64,000 nucleotides of DNA from Saprospiraceae bacterium (GCA_032115775.1 JAUMBL010000029.1:1921-65920); one strand, 5' to 3'. Shown: positions 19,087 to 28,190, counted from the first letter of the stretch. The notes: generated by a model from the sequence alone, not told the origin. Translations and numbers: made by a program.

Positions 19087-20373
19087 TTAAAAATTGAGTT
19101 GTGCTTGTAGCCGCAGCAAGCCTCCTCTTTGTCGGTTCTCCTGCAGGATAAAGTCCTCAAAACGGCGATCAGACAGGGTGTATATAGCGACCAGTTCAAA
19201 ATTTTTGACAGGCTGCCATTCAACGCCGATTTCCAATTCGCGGACGGTGTGGCTGCGCGCATCGCGTTCGTGTTTTTTGCCGCCATCGTAATATTGGGCG
19301 CGGAGGAAAGGCAACAGGATTTGATCCTTGAAGCGCGTCATGTAACTCAAGGTAACGAATCCGCCTTGCAGGCGCTGCGTTTCGATACTGTCCGTAGCCG
19401 GGTTAAATTCCGGCCCCCGCCCAAAATTGTACTCTGCGAGGATGCCGAACGGCTTTGGATAGAGCGTGAGGGTAGCCGCTACACGCTGGTCTGTGTAGTT
19501 CAAATCGCTATTTGTTTTTACACCGGCGGAGAGTTGGTCTTTTGCCACGACGTACTTTCCGGTATAGGCTTGCACGCCCGGTTCGATAATTTGACCATTT
19601 AAGAGAAAAGGGTAGGAGAGGCGCGAGACCAGGTGCGCCTGATTATTAAGATCGGGTTTATTGGCCGTTTGTCCATTATAAGCGCCGAAAGCAAATACGC
19701 CGTAGTCGCCGCTTCCTTTGTAGCCATCGCGCACAAGCATAGAAAACCGGTCGCGTATTTTTCTGGGCGCCCAGTAGAAAAAAACGCCCAGGTCGCGTTC
19801 ATTGGCCACGGCGCTGTTTAAGGCATCTGAGCGGTCGAGCGGTAAGCGATTTTGGCTAGATTGCATATTCTCGAATCCATAAGGAACCTTACTTTGGCCT
19901 ATCCGGAATCGGAATTCGTTATTTTCATCCAGGCCAATGTCAAAATAGGCATCCCGCAACTGACCAAAATGCCAGCTGGTGGCGCTTATTGCGCTAGCAA
20001 AATCTGGCTGTACGTAAAAATAGACCCGTTTGCTTACCTGTCCAAAAAAAATCAGGCGCATTCGACGGATAAAGAAGCCGCCGTTTTCACCCCAGGAGCG
20101 ATCGCATTGCTCGCAGCGAAGATCCGGATTGGTTTCTAATAAGCGGTTGTAGCGTACTTGTGCATAACCCCTAAGCGAGACTAAATCGTACCATTTTTTG
20201 GATTTTTCTACCTGCGGCGGCGTCGTGTCCGCGGGCGGCAGCGCGGGGGCGGCGGTAAGTTCCGGAACAGCATATACCGGTACTTCGGGTTGCACACCAA
20301 GGCTGGCTGCCTTGCTATACAAGACGTTGACTGCCGTGCAAAAAAGCACGGCAACGAGCGATCTTAATAACAT
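19087..20373 (-). CDS. Outer-membrane porin, phosphate-selective OprO/OprP-like family
   Basis: 428 aa. Signal peptide, alternating beta-strand pattern, terminal aromatic residue (LNF). YAQVRYNR...FFIRRMRLIFFGQV is typical of the Porin_O_P family as I remember it. Confidence 0.6.
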   Translation of the reverse strand: MLLRSLVAVLFCTAVNVLYSKAASLGVQPEVPVYAVPELTAAPALPPADTTPPQVEKSKKWYDLVSLRGYAQVRYNRLLETNPDLRCEQCDRSWGENGGFFIRRMRLIFFGQVSKRVYFYVQPDFASAISATSWHFGQLRDAYFDIGLDENNEFRFRIGQSKVPYGFENMQSSQNRLPLDRSDALNSAVANERDLGVFFYWAPRKIRDRFSMLVRDGYKGSGDYGVFAFGAYNGQTANKPDLNNQAHLVSRLSYPFLLNGQIIEPGVQAYTGKYVVAKDQLSAGVKTNSDLNYTDQRVAATLTLYPKPFGILAEYNFGRGPEFNPATDSIETQRLQGGFVTLSYMTRFKDQILLPFLRAQYYDGGKKHERDARSHTVRELEIGVEWQPVKNFELVAIYTLSDRRFEDFILQENRQRGGLLRLQAQLNF

Positions 20374-20588
20374 GAATGATTTCTAATTGAAAAACTCCGA
20401 TTGACGCTGCAAATATCCGGGGACTTAGAAATCAGTAATAAAAGGCTGTATTAAGTTAATGTTAATTTTTTAAGGCACGAATTTAAGATTACTTAAAACA
20501 GCCTTCACATGGGCTTTACAATGCCTTTCGTTCTTTGCATCGGTTTCTAATTGAACCGGCCCGCCGATTGACACGCTTGGGCCTTACG

Positions 20589-20620
20589 CAGGCGTCGCGG
20601 CAATCGCGACGCCTGTTTTT
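20589..20620 (+). terminator. GC-rich hairpin plus T5 (intrinsic-terminator-like on the + strand) in the spacer between the 177-aa gene and the porin
   Basis: CAGGCGTCGCG (20589-20599) pairs with CGCGACGCCTG (20605-20615), followed by TTTTT (20616-20620). No + strand gene lies upstream. It may also stop minus-strand transcription from the 20678-21211 gene. Confidence 0.35.
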
Positions 20621-20677
20621 GTCGACTTTAAAACGGCTGCGCTGTCTGCCGCAATAGGCCGGTAGGCTATATTACGG

Positions 20678-21211
20678 TCATGCGTTCAGGCAATCCTGAG
20701 CGATATTGGTAATTTCAGCATCGAAGGCGCGCAGCGCGTCCAGATCGAGTTCGAGTAGTTCGGGATAGGCTTGGAACAAAAAAACCCGAATGTTTTTTGC
20801 GAGTTGGGCGGCGGGCTCTTCGGGCGTGGCGGGCGCCGTCGTCGTTTCCGGTGCGCGGCGGTTTTTTTCGGCAACCAGCACGCATTGTTCCGCCTGGCGT
20901 TTGGCGAACGCGATGTACGCTTTGATTTCTTCATCGCTGCGCAGGTGGAACCCCTCGATGTGCTCGAAGGCGAAATCCCGGATCAAGCGCGCCAGTTCGT
21001 TGATGCGGTTGATGCGGCTGACGTACAGGCGTTCGCGTTCCATTTCCGCGTCGAGGGCGCCGTAGGTACCGCGTTCGCCCGCGCGTTTGTCTATCCAGGC
21101 GCCGCTTTCGTCGTAGCGTTCTTCTTTGATCCAGGCTTTGTCCGACTGGCGCCGATTCCACAAGGCCAGGATGAGTAATACCAGAATGATGATGCCGAAT
21201 GCGATGCCCAT
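20678..21211 (-). CDS. Hypothetical single-pass membrane protein
   Basis: 177 aa. N-terminal TM helix MGIAFGIIILVLLILALW followed by a charged helical domain. No family recognised. Confidence 0.55.
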   Translation of the reverse strand: MGIAFGIIILVLLILALWNRRQSDKAWIKEERYDESGAWIDKRAGERGTYGALDAEMERERLYVSRINRINELARLIRDFAFEHIEGFHLRSDEEIKAYIAFAKRQAEQCVLVAEKNRRAPETTTAPATPEEPAAQLAKNIRVFLFQAYPELLELDLDALRAFDAEITNIAQDCLNA

Positions 21212-21274
21212 GGGGCAAAGTTCGGGAAAAGCGGCAACTCCAAAAAGGGCTTTAATAAGTTTTCAAACGGTTCA

Positions 21275-22399
21275 TCAAAAAATATCCGTTGCGAGTTCCT
21301 CCAGCAGGCCGAAGGAAAGCGTCATGCCGGCGCCGCCCAGGCCGTTTACGATCCAGACGCCGGATTCGGGTTGGCGCACGAATTCGGTGCTTCCGTCGGT
21401 GGTTTTGGCATAGATGCCGTTCCAGGTTTCTGCGATGCGCATATCCGGGAATTGTGCGAATGCGCTTAGATACTCGAGCATCAGTGCGTTGAGTCGCTCC
21501 TTGTCAAATGGATCAAGGTCTGCGCCGTATTCGTGGGTATCGCCCAGGGTAATTTCACCTTGGCCGTTCTGGGACACGAGTACGTGGATGCCCTCTCGCA
21601 CCAGTTCCGGGTACCATTCTGCATAACATTTTTGCAATTCGGATAGTCCCGGCATTCCGTCAAAAGCTTTGTAGTGCGTGAGGGTGAGTCCGGCGCAAAG
21701 CGAGGCGCCGATATTCCAGCCGTTCTGCTGCGGGTGGGTGCGCATCATCTGTAATTTGCATTTGGTTATCGGAGCAGCGGCGTATTCCTCCGGAAAAAGG
21801 ATTTCGAAATCTTGTCCGCTGCAAACAACGATCAGATCGGCTTCATGGCGCTGTCGGCCGGTCCAAACAAATGGATATTCCACCCTGCCGACTGCCTGCC
21901 CGAAATGAAAAGTTACACCGAATTGCGCATGAAGCGCTTCCGGCAGCATCCGGATGGCTTCCCTTGGATCTACGATCATCTCGTCTGCGCTCCAGAGCGC
22001 TCCGAGCAGTCCTTCGCAGCGCAGCGCCGGCGATTTTTTCAGCGCTTGATCGGGCAGGAGCAGTTGAGCGGCGGGTCGGCCGTCTTTTTGCATAAAGGAT
22101 TCCAGCACGGCCATTTCTTCCGGTCGGTAGGCAGCCAACAAGGAGCCGGTTTGCCGGCTCCAGAACCCGCCGGATTCCGACAGATCCGCCCAGATATTCC
22201 GACTGCGCAGGGCGCGTTCGTACAGTTTGCCCATCGGTTGTCCGATCGGCCATACCATTCCAAAATTTCGGACGGACGCGCCGACGGATTTCGGATGACG
22301 TTCGAATACCCGAACTTGATATCCATTTAGCGCGAGCGCCCTGGCGGCGGCCAGTCCGACGATACCGGCGCCGATGACGAGGGCGGTTTGTTTTTGCAT
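21275..22399 (-). CDS. FAD-dependent amine oxidoreductase (DAO family) of the type found next to PhnX-like hydrolases
   Basis: 374 aa. N-terminal dinucleotide fold ALVIGAGIVGLAAARALA. It lies 4 nt downstream of the transporter gene in the same operon as the PhnX-like hydrolase. Confidence 0.7.
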   Translation of the reverse strand: MQKQTALVIGAGIVGLAAARALALNGYQVRVFERHPKSVGASVRNFGMVWPIGQPMGKLYERALRSRNIWADLSESGGFWSRQTGSLLAAYRPEEMAVLESFMQKDGRPAAQLLLPDQALKKSPALRCEGLLGALWSADEMIVDPREAIRMLPEALHAQFGVTFHFGQAVGRVEYPFVWTGRQRHEADLIVVCSGQDFEILFPEEYAAAPITKCKLQMMRTHPQQNGWNIGASLCAGLTLTHYKAFDGMPGLSELQKCYAEWYPELVREGIHVLVSQNGQGEITLGDTHEYGADLDPFDKERLNALMLEYLSAFAQFPDMRIAETWNGIYAKTTDGSTEFVRQPESGVWIVNGLGGAGMTLSFGLLEELATDIF

Positions 22400-22403
22400 A
22401 ACC

Positions 22404-23651
22404 TCAGTTTTGTATATATATCTGGTGTTTTTTTCTGAAATACTGCAACGACAGTGCCGTCAGCGCCAGCCCGGCCAGCGACAGATACAGCAATATATTG
22501 CCCAGGAAAGCGCTCCAGGATATCTCCGTTTTGCCTGTTTCTTTGAAAAATAAAATGCTCACGCTTCCTAAATAACCGAAGGCGTCAACGATATACATCA
22601 AAAAACCCACGTTGCCCGGGTAGCGAAAACTGGCCAGCAGGCGGTCGAACAGCAGGCAATTAAACGGCACATACCCCAGATACAAACCCAGTCCGGCGCC
22701 CATAAACCACCAGGGCGCACTTAGAAGCCCCTGGCGGAACAGCAAAGTGCTCGCAATCGCGACTAAAAAACCGGATAGGATGAACCCGTGGTTCAGCGCC
22801 AGGGCTCGGAAATTATCTTTTACCAGCACCAACAGGCTCATCAAACCCAGGATGGCCAGCGTAACCGGAATTTCCGTACGGGTAAAGATCGCCGCGCTTT
22901 GGGCGTAGCCTAATTCTTTCCAGACTTCCGCTGCAAAATTATCTCGTACGTCCCGCAGCAGGGTCAGGATGATGTAAGTAAGGGTCATTAGAACAATGCC
23001 GGTTCGAAAAGTCCGCAGAAAATCACGTCTTGCCGCGGCCTGCATCGGAAGGCGAACGCTTCGCCGGGCGATATCGTCTTCGTCCGGCGGCGGGGTTCTG
23101 TCCAACAGCCACACCAGCAGAAGCGTCGGCGCCGCAAACAAACCGCCGGTGGCGAAAGGCATCCAGAACTCGTTTACCTGCCAGGTGTTCATCAGCCATT
23201 TCCCGGCCGATTTGACGAAGCCGGAAGAAAAAATAAAACTGGCGGCCAGTACGGCGCCCAGGAATTCGGTGCTTCTCCGACCTTCCAGGTAACTGAAGAC
23301 CACCCCGAAGACCATTCCGAGCGGAATGCCGTTGATAAACAGAAATCCGATGTTGTAAGGCGCCGGCGTCAGGGCAAAACCTAACAGCGCCGCCCAGGCC
23401 ATCCCAATTAGGCCCAAAATGATTCCCATACGCCCCGCAGACCGTAATTCAGCGATGAATTTGATACCGATGAATTTACTCAACGCATATCCAAGCGTCT
23501 GTGCAATCACCAGCCAAACCTTGTAGTCCATCCCGAGGAAAACCCAATCGCCGAACGTGGCCGCCGTGTAAGGCTTGCGAAATGCGTACATACAGGAATA
23601 TACGCCGAAAGCGACCAGCGCGAGGGTGACGGGGAGGAAGCGCGGGTTCAT
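22404..23651 (-). CDS. 12-TM MFS-like transporter (DUF5690-like); putative aminophosphonate importer
   Basis: 415 aa. About 12 hydrophobic helices with a central charged loop (DRTPPPDEDDIARRSVR). Sandwiched between the hydrolase and oxidase genes with 10-nt and 4-nt spacers. Confidence 0.6.
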   Translation of the reverse strand: MNPRFLPVTLALVAFGVYSCMYAFRKPYTAATFGDWVFLGMDYKVWLVIAQTLGYALSKFIGIKFIAELRSAGRMGIILGLIGMAWAALLGFALTPAPYNIGFLFINGIPLGMVFGVVFSYLEGRRSTEFLGAVLAASFIFSSGFVKSAGKWLMNTWQVNEFWMPFATGGLFAAPTLLLVWLLDRTPPPDEDDIARRSVRLPMQAAARRDFLRTFRTGIVLMTLTYIILTLLRDVRDNFAAEVWKELGYAQSAAIFTRTEIPVTLAILGLMSLLVLVKDNFRALALNHGFILSGFLVAIASTLLFRQGLLSAPWWFMGAGLGLYLGYVPFNCLLFDRLLASFRYPGNVGFLMYIVDAFGYLGSVSILFFKETGKTEISWSAFLGNILLYLSLAGLALTALSLQYFRKKHQIYIQN

Positions 23652-23661
23652 AGATTGCGGC

Positions 23662-24333
23662 TTACGGATTGAAGTTCAGAATGATCGCTGCCGCTTCCCG
23701 CAGATCGGCAGCCAGGTGTGTCGGATGCGCTTCCGCGAGCGCCTCCCGGGTAAATGCGCCGGAGGTAATCGCGATATTCAACGCAGCGCCGGCGTTTTGG
23801 CCTTCCTGGATATCTGCATGGGTATCGCCGATTTTGGCGACCTGCAGCGGGTCGGACACGCCGGTTTGCGCCATCAGGTAGCGGATCATGTCCTCGTGCG
23901 GCCGTCCGCGGGGCGTCATGTCGCTGGCGACCCAGGCATCTATCTTGTCCGCCCAGTCGAGGCGGTGGAGGATGGTTTCCACAATTTCCTGTGCAAAACC
24001 GGTGTCAAGCGCCACCTTGATCCCACGGGCGCGCAGGCGTTCGAAGGTCTCTTCTGCAAACAGGGCGGGGGCTACGTCGGGGGAAGTGCGATAATGTTCC
24101 TTCATTTCCAGCAGAAAACGGGCATAAATCGCGTCCAGGTTTTCTAATCCGGCATGGCGCGCCTCCAGCAGTTGGCGAATGGCTACCGGTTTGGGGTAGC
24201 CCATGACGTCGTTGGCTTCTTCCCGGCTCACGGAGAATCCAAAGTGCGCCATGGCGTTTATCAGCGCTTGGTGGACGTTATCCTGGTCTTTGACCGTCGT
24301 GCCGGCCATATCGAAAACGGCAAGTTTTATCAT
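23662..24333 (-). CDS. Phosphonatase-like HAD hydrolase (PhnX-like)
   Basis: The ATG at 24333 gives MIKLAVFDMAGTTV. This carries D-x-A-G-T in place of the usual HAD D-x-D-x-T, the hallmark of phosphonoacetaldehyde hydrolase and its close relatives. A C-terminal GDTHADIQEG motif is present. The track start at 24396 is an upstream extension. Confidence 0.7.
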   Translation of the reverse strand: MIKLAVFDMAGTTVKDQDNVHQALINAMAHFGFSVSREEANDVMGYPKPVAIRQLLEARHAGLENLDAIYARFLLEMKEHYRTSPDVAPALFAEETFERLRARGIKVALDTGFAQEIVETILHRLDWADKIDAWVASDMTPRGRPHEDMIRYLMAQTGVSDPLQVAKIGDTHADIQEGQNAGAALNIAITSGAFTREALAEAHPTHLAADLREAAAIILNFNP

Positions 24334-24353
24334 ATTGCAGCGCAATGTTTTGG

Positions 24354-24361
24354 CAAAAGTA
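24354..24361 (-). promoter_or_regulatory. -7 box TActTTTG (minus strand) upstream of the PhnX-like operon
   Basis: The reverse complement of CAAAAGTA at 24354-24361 matches TAnnTTTG, about 20 nt upstream of the ATG at 24333. Confidence 0.4.
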
Positions 24362-24502
24362 AGCCTGCCTGTCCTGCCCGGGCGGGTGATCTGCAAGATT
24401 CTCTTTTATTTAATAATGAAATAAATGTAACTTAATGTAAAAGCGACCACGCTCCAAAAATAATGGCCGTCATTTGCAGCGCACATTTATTTACCTTGTA
24501 TT

Positions 24503-27232
24503 ATGAAAATTGCCTGTATTGTTTTTGCGCTGGGTGTTTCCGTCCTTCCCTGCACGCTGTTTGCACAAAAAAACGCCATCATAGAAGCGCCTGCGCGTGC
24601 GGAATACTGCCGCATTGATACGGCCGGTTTGAGCGTCATTCCGAGCGGCCGTTACGTCAAGCCGGCGGGTCGGGTGACGCGGATTGCCCGCGGCGCATTC
24701 GGACTGGCAATTTCGCCCGACCAGCGGCAGGCGCTGGTGCTCCACAATAACGGCGTGCTGACCCGGGTGGATTTGCAGGCCTTTGCGCCCCGGCAGCTTC
24801 CCGCTCCGCAGGAAATTGTGGAGGCGGCAAAACAGCAAAGGCCGTTTAACCCCTCGGCTTACCTGGGCGTCGCTTTCGGCGCCGATAACCAAACGGCCTA
24901 TCTCAGCGGCGGGGACGATGGCTCCGTGGCTGTTTGGGACACGCGATCCATGCGAAAAATTGACAGTATTTCGCTCAACGGGATCTGCAATGGCAAGCAG
25001 TATGAGGACTCCTTTACGTCTGATCTGGCGATTGATCACGCCCGCAACCAACTCCTCGTACTCGATCGCGCCAATTTCCGCCTGGTAAAAATAGATCTGA
25101 ATACCCGCCAAATCGTAGCGTCCATCCCCGCCGGTCGCATTCCGTTTGGAATCGCGCTGACCGCCGACGGAAAAAAGGCGCTGGTCGCCAATGTCGGTTT
25201 GTATGAATACCCCCTGATTCCCGGCGTTACGCCGACCAACAAGGACTCCTTCATGATGCAATTCCCCTTCTACGGGATCCCGTCTAAAGAGGCGGATGAA
25301 GGCATTACCCTGCCGGACGGCCGCTTTATTCCCGGGCTGGGTTCAGCGCTTGCCGAGGAGGCCATGAGCGTGTGGCTGGTGGATCTCGAAAAAAACGAGG
25401 TGACCGGAAAATTTAAAACCGGCTACCAGATCGGCGAAAAAGTGGAAGAAACCGAGATCGTCGGCGGCGCCAGCCCCAACTCTATCGCGGTCGGACGCCG
25501 TTACGCATACGTCTCCAACGCTACCAACGATCTGATTACCATTATTGACACCCGCAAGAACAAAATCGCCGGTGATATCAAGCTGAAGGCGCACCCCGAA
25601 CTGGATCGCTACCGCGGCATCATGCCGTTTGGCCTTTGCCTGTCGGCCGATGAGCGTACCCTCTACGTAGCCTGCCTTGGATTCAATGCCATTGCCGTGG
25701 TGGATACCCGCACGCGCAAGGTGAAAGGCTACATTCCTACCGGTTGGGGGCCTACGCGGGTGCAACTCACCAGCAACGGCCGCCAACTCGTGGCGCTCAG
25801 CGCCCGAGGTTACGGCGCAGGCTCGAACGGCGGCAAGGACTTTGTTGCGCCGCCGCAGGGTACCTATATCGGCGATATTCAATTGGGTACATTCCAATTG
25901 ATAGATGTGCCGGACGACGTCCAACTGGCGCAATACACCCAACAGGTGCTGGATAATACCTTCCGCTTCATTCCTTTGCAAGACGACGGCAAAAATCCCT
26001 GTCCGCCGGCGCCGGGTCTCCGCAAAAGCCCTATCCGCCACATTGTTTATATCACGAAAGAAAATCGAACCTACGACGAGGTACTCGGACAGTTAGAAGG
26101 CGCAAAAGGCGATCCTTCGCTGGCGCGCTTCGGTACGGATGTGGAGATTATTTCAGGAAAGGATACGATCCGAAACGCGGCCGTGATGCCCAACCACCTT
26201 GCTATTGCACGGCAGTGGGCGTTTTCCGATAATTTTTACTGCGATTCCGACGCCAGTATCCACGGCCACCACTGGATGGTGGGTACCATGCCGAACGAGT
26301 ATGTGGAGGCCAATTACCCGGCTCGTTCCGGGTTCGATGCTTTTTCCAAAGCCCCCGGACGGCGTATGCCAACAACCATAGGCGGGATTGATCCGGAGGA
26401 CTATAACGAAATCGGCGGTTTGTGGGAAAACCTCGCCCGCCACGGCGTATCGTTTTTTTCCTTTGGGCAGAGCAATGAATTTGCCGGAAACTATGAAGAA
26501 TGGAACGATACAATTTTCGGTACCGCGCACCCGACGCCCTGGCCGCTCCCAAAGGTATTGTACGACAGAACCTGCCGCGAATTTGCCGGGTACAACATGA
26601 ACATTCCCGATCAGTTCCGGGTGCTGCAGTTTGAACGCGAATTCCGTAAGCGCTGGTTATCCGGCGCAGAGCCATTCCCGCAATTCGTTTCCATGCAATT
26701 GCCCAACGACCACGGCACGCGCCCTCGGCCGGAGGACGGGTATCCTTACCAGCATTCGTACATGGCCGATAACGATCTAGCCCTCGGCCGGGTACTGGAG
26801 TTTCTGAGCCAATCGCCTTGGTGGGACAGCATGTTGGTGATCGTCACCGAAGACGATCCGCAGGGCGGTGTGGATCATCTCGACGCGCACCGGTCCGTGC
26901 TGATGCTGGCAGGGCCTTATGTGAAACGGGGCTATGTGTCCCATACCCATGCCAACTTCGGTTCCATCATCCGAACCATCTACACCCTGCTCGATCTGCC
27001 CTGCGTCAATCAGTACGATGCGGCTGCTACGCTGCTCGATGATTTTTTTACGCCGGAAGCAAGCCTGCAGGGGTATGAGGCGCTGCCACACGATCTGAGG
27101 GTGTTTGATCCGCAAAAAGCACTTCAAAAATACGGTCGTGATTTTGATTGGCGCCGGGCGCCCCAGGGCTTGAAAATGGATGATGAAAGCGAGCAGCGGG
27201 TAGAATTTTATAAAATGAACGGGGGGCAGTAG
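24503..27232 (+). CDS. Fusion protein: YncE-like beta-propeller (N-terminal) plus alkaline-phosphatase-superfamily phosphoesterase (PLC/AcpA-like, C-terminal)
   Basis: 909 aa. Signal peptide MKIACIVFALGVSVLPCTLFAQ. Propeller-like repeats occupy the first roughly 480 aa. A phosphoesterase core follows: IRHIVYITKENRTYDEVLG ... IVTEDDPQGGVDHLDAHRS. Confidence 0.7.
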   Translation: MKIACIVFALGVSVLPCTLFAQKNAIIEAPARAEYCRIDTAGLSVIPSGRYVKPAGRVTRIARGAFGLAISPDQRQALVLHNNGVLTRVDLQAFAPRQLPAPQEIVEAAKQQRPFNPSAYLGVAFGADNQTAYLSGGDDGSVAVWDTRSMRKIDSISLNGICNGKQYEDSFTSDLAIDHARNQLLVLDRANFRLVKIDLNTRQIVASIPAGRIPFGIALTADGKKALVANVGLYEYPLIPGVTPTNKDSFMMQFPFYGIPSKEADEGITLPDGRFIPGLGSALAEEAMSVWLVDLEKNEVTGKFKTGYQIGEKVEETEIVGGASPNSIAVGRRYAYVSNATNDLITIIDTRKNKIAGDIKLKAHPELDRYRGIMPFGLCLSADERTLYVACLGFNAIAVVDTRTRKVKGYIPTGWGPTRVQLTSNGRQLVALSARGYGAGSNGGKDFVAPPQGTYIGDIQLGTFQLIDVPDDVQLAQYTQQVLDNTFRFIPLQDDGKNPCPPAPGLRKSPIRHIVYITKENRTYDEVLGQLEGAKGDPSLARFGTDVEIISGKDTIRNAAVMPNHLAIARQWAFSDNFYCDSDASIHGHHWMVGTMPNEYVEANYPARSGFDAFSKAPGRRMPTTIGGIDPEDYNEIGGLWENLARHGVSFFSFGQSNEFAGNYEEWNDTIFGTAHPTPWPLPKVLYDRTCREFAGYNMNIPDQFRVLQFEREFRKRWLSGAEPFPQFVSMQLPNDHGTRPRPEDGYPYQHSYMADNDLALGRVLEFLSQSPWWDSMLVIVTEDDPQGGVDHLDAHRSVLMLAGPYVKRGYVSHTHANFGSIIRTIYTLLDLPCVNQYDAAATLLDDFFTPEASLQGYEALPHDLRVFDPQKALQKYGRDFDWRRAPQGLKMDDESEQRVEFYKMNGGQ

Positions 27233-27296
27233 CGGTATTGAAGTTGAATCATTTTTAATGTAATGGGATAAACACCTAATATGAACAAAATATCTG

Positions 27297-27373
27297 GTAA
27301 CCACTTAGCCGGCTCGTTGTCAGACCCCCAAAGTCCCATTTTTTGTTTCATACGAGACCGGCCAAGTAGTTAC
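27297..27373. repeat. MITE-like palindromic element, copy A (77 nt)
   Basis: The termini GTAACCACTTAGCCGGCTCG and CGAGACCGGCCAAGTAGTTAC are inverted repeats. The internal motif CAAAGTCCCATTTT is shared with copy B. Flanked by ATATCTG (27290-27296) and ACATCTG (27375-27381). Confidence 0.65.
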
Positions 27374-27396
27374 AACATCTGAAAATTCATAATCGT

Positions 27397-27948
27397 ATGA
27401 ATAAAGAAGAAGCCGTCGCGTCCATATTCCAATGCTTCCACGTCCGCGGCAACGAGGAATACCACGGCGAGGCCGTCAGCCAATCGGAACACGCCATTCA
27501 GGCAGCCCTGCTGGCCTGGCAGGAAACCGGCGATCACGAACTGGCCGTTGCCGCCCTGTTGCACGATATCGGCCATCTGCTCGCAGATGCGGCCGATGCG
27601 GGCATGGACGGTTACGGCGCCTTGAAACACGAGGCGCTGGGCGCGCAATTTTTAAAGGAACACGGTTTTCCGGACGCCGTTGTGCGCCTCGTCGGCGGCC
27701 ATGTGGCCGCTAAGCGGTATCTCACCTGGGCAGATCCCCAGTATTACGAACAACTCTCGGAGGCGAGCAAAGAAACGTTGCGCTTCCAGGGCGGCCGGAT
27801 GACAGTCGAAGAAGCCGCCCGCTTCCAGCGCGACCCGCTGTTCGAAAAGCATATCCTGCTGCGCCGCATAGATGAAAGAGCCAAGACACCGAATATGGAA
27901 CTGCCCGCGATCGAAATCTTTCAGGATTTGCTGCAAGCCGTATTGTAG
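27397..27948 (+). CDS. HD-domain protein of the phosphonate-operon class (PhnZ-like candidate C-P-cleaving oxygenase)
   Basis: 183 aa. HD-type ligand pattern YHGEAVSQSEHAIQAA...ALLHDIGHLL...GHVAAKRYL, located next to phosphonate catabolic genes. Confidence 0.65.
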   Translation: MNKEEAVASIFQCFHVRGNEEYHGEAVSQSEHAIQAALLAWQETGDHELAVAALLHDIGHLLADAADAGMDGYGALKHEALGAQFLKEHGFPDAVVRLVGGHVAAKRYLTWADPQYYEQLSEASKETLRFQGGRMTVEEAARFQRDPLFEKHILLRRIDERAKTPNMELPAIEIFQDLLQAVL

Positions 27949-28190
27949 TATGCCGCGCGCATACCCGGCATCGTTGCAATCGGAATAACGCATATTTCAT
28001 ATTCCCTTAACGCCTGCCCGTTTTTTACGCCGTATCTTTGTATTGCAAAGCGAATGCAGTGTGTTGCTTTGTAACCGGAGAGGACAGGATGTTAATGCGC
28101 TCCGGTTTCATTTTCAGACATTCAATTGCTTCATACACTAGTAAAGGTAAAAGGCTTGGCGCTGTAAAGTGTCGGCTTTTTTTTTCGGAA

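Noticed and set aside
20374-24502. Search for enterobacterial-type Pho boxes (CTGTCAT-N4-CTGTCAT direct repeats) upstream of the porin and the phosphonate genes
   Set aside because: No convincing match was found. The Bacteroidota PhoB site is not known to me, so absence of the E. coli motif is uninformative. The repeats that are present are reported separately.
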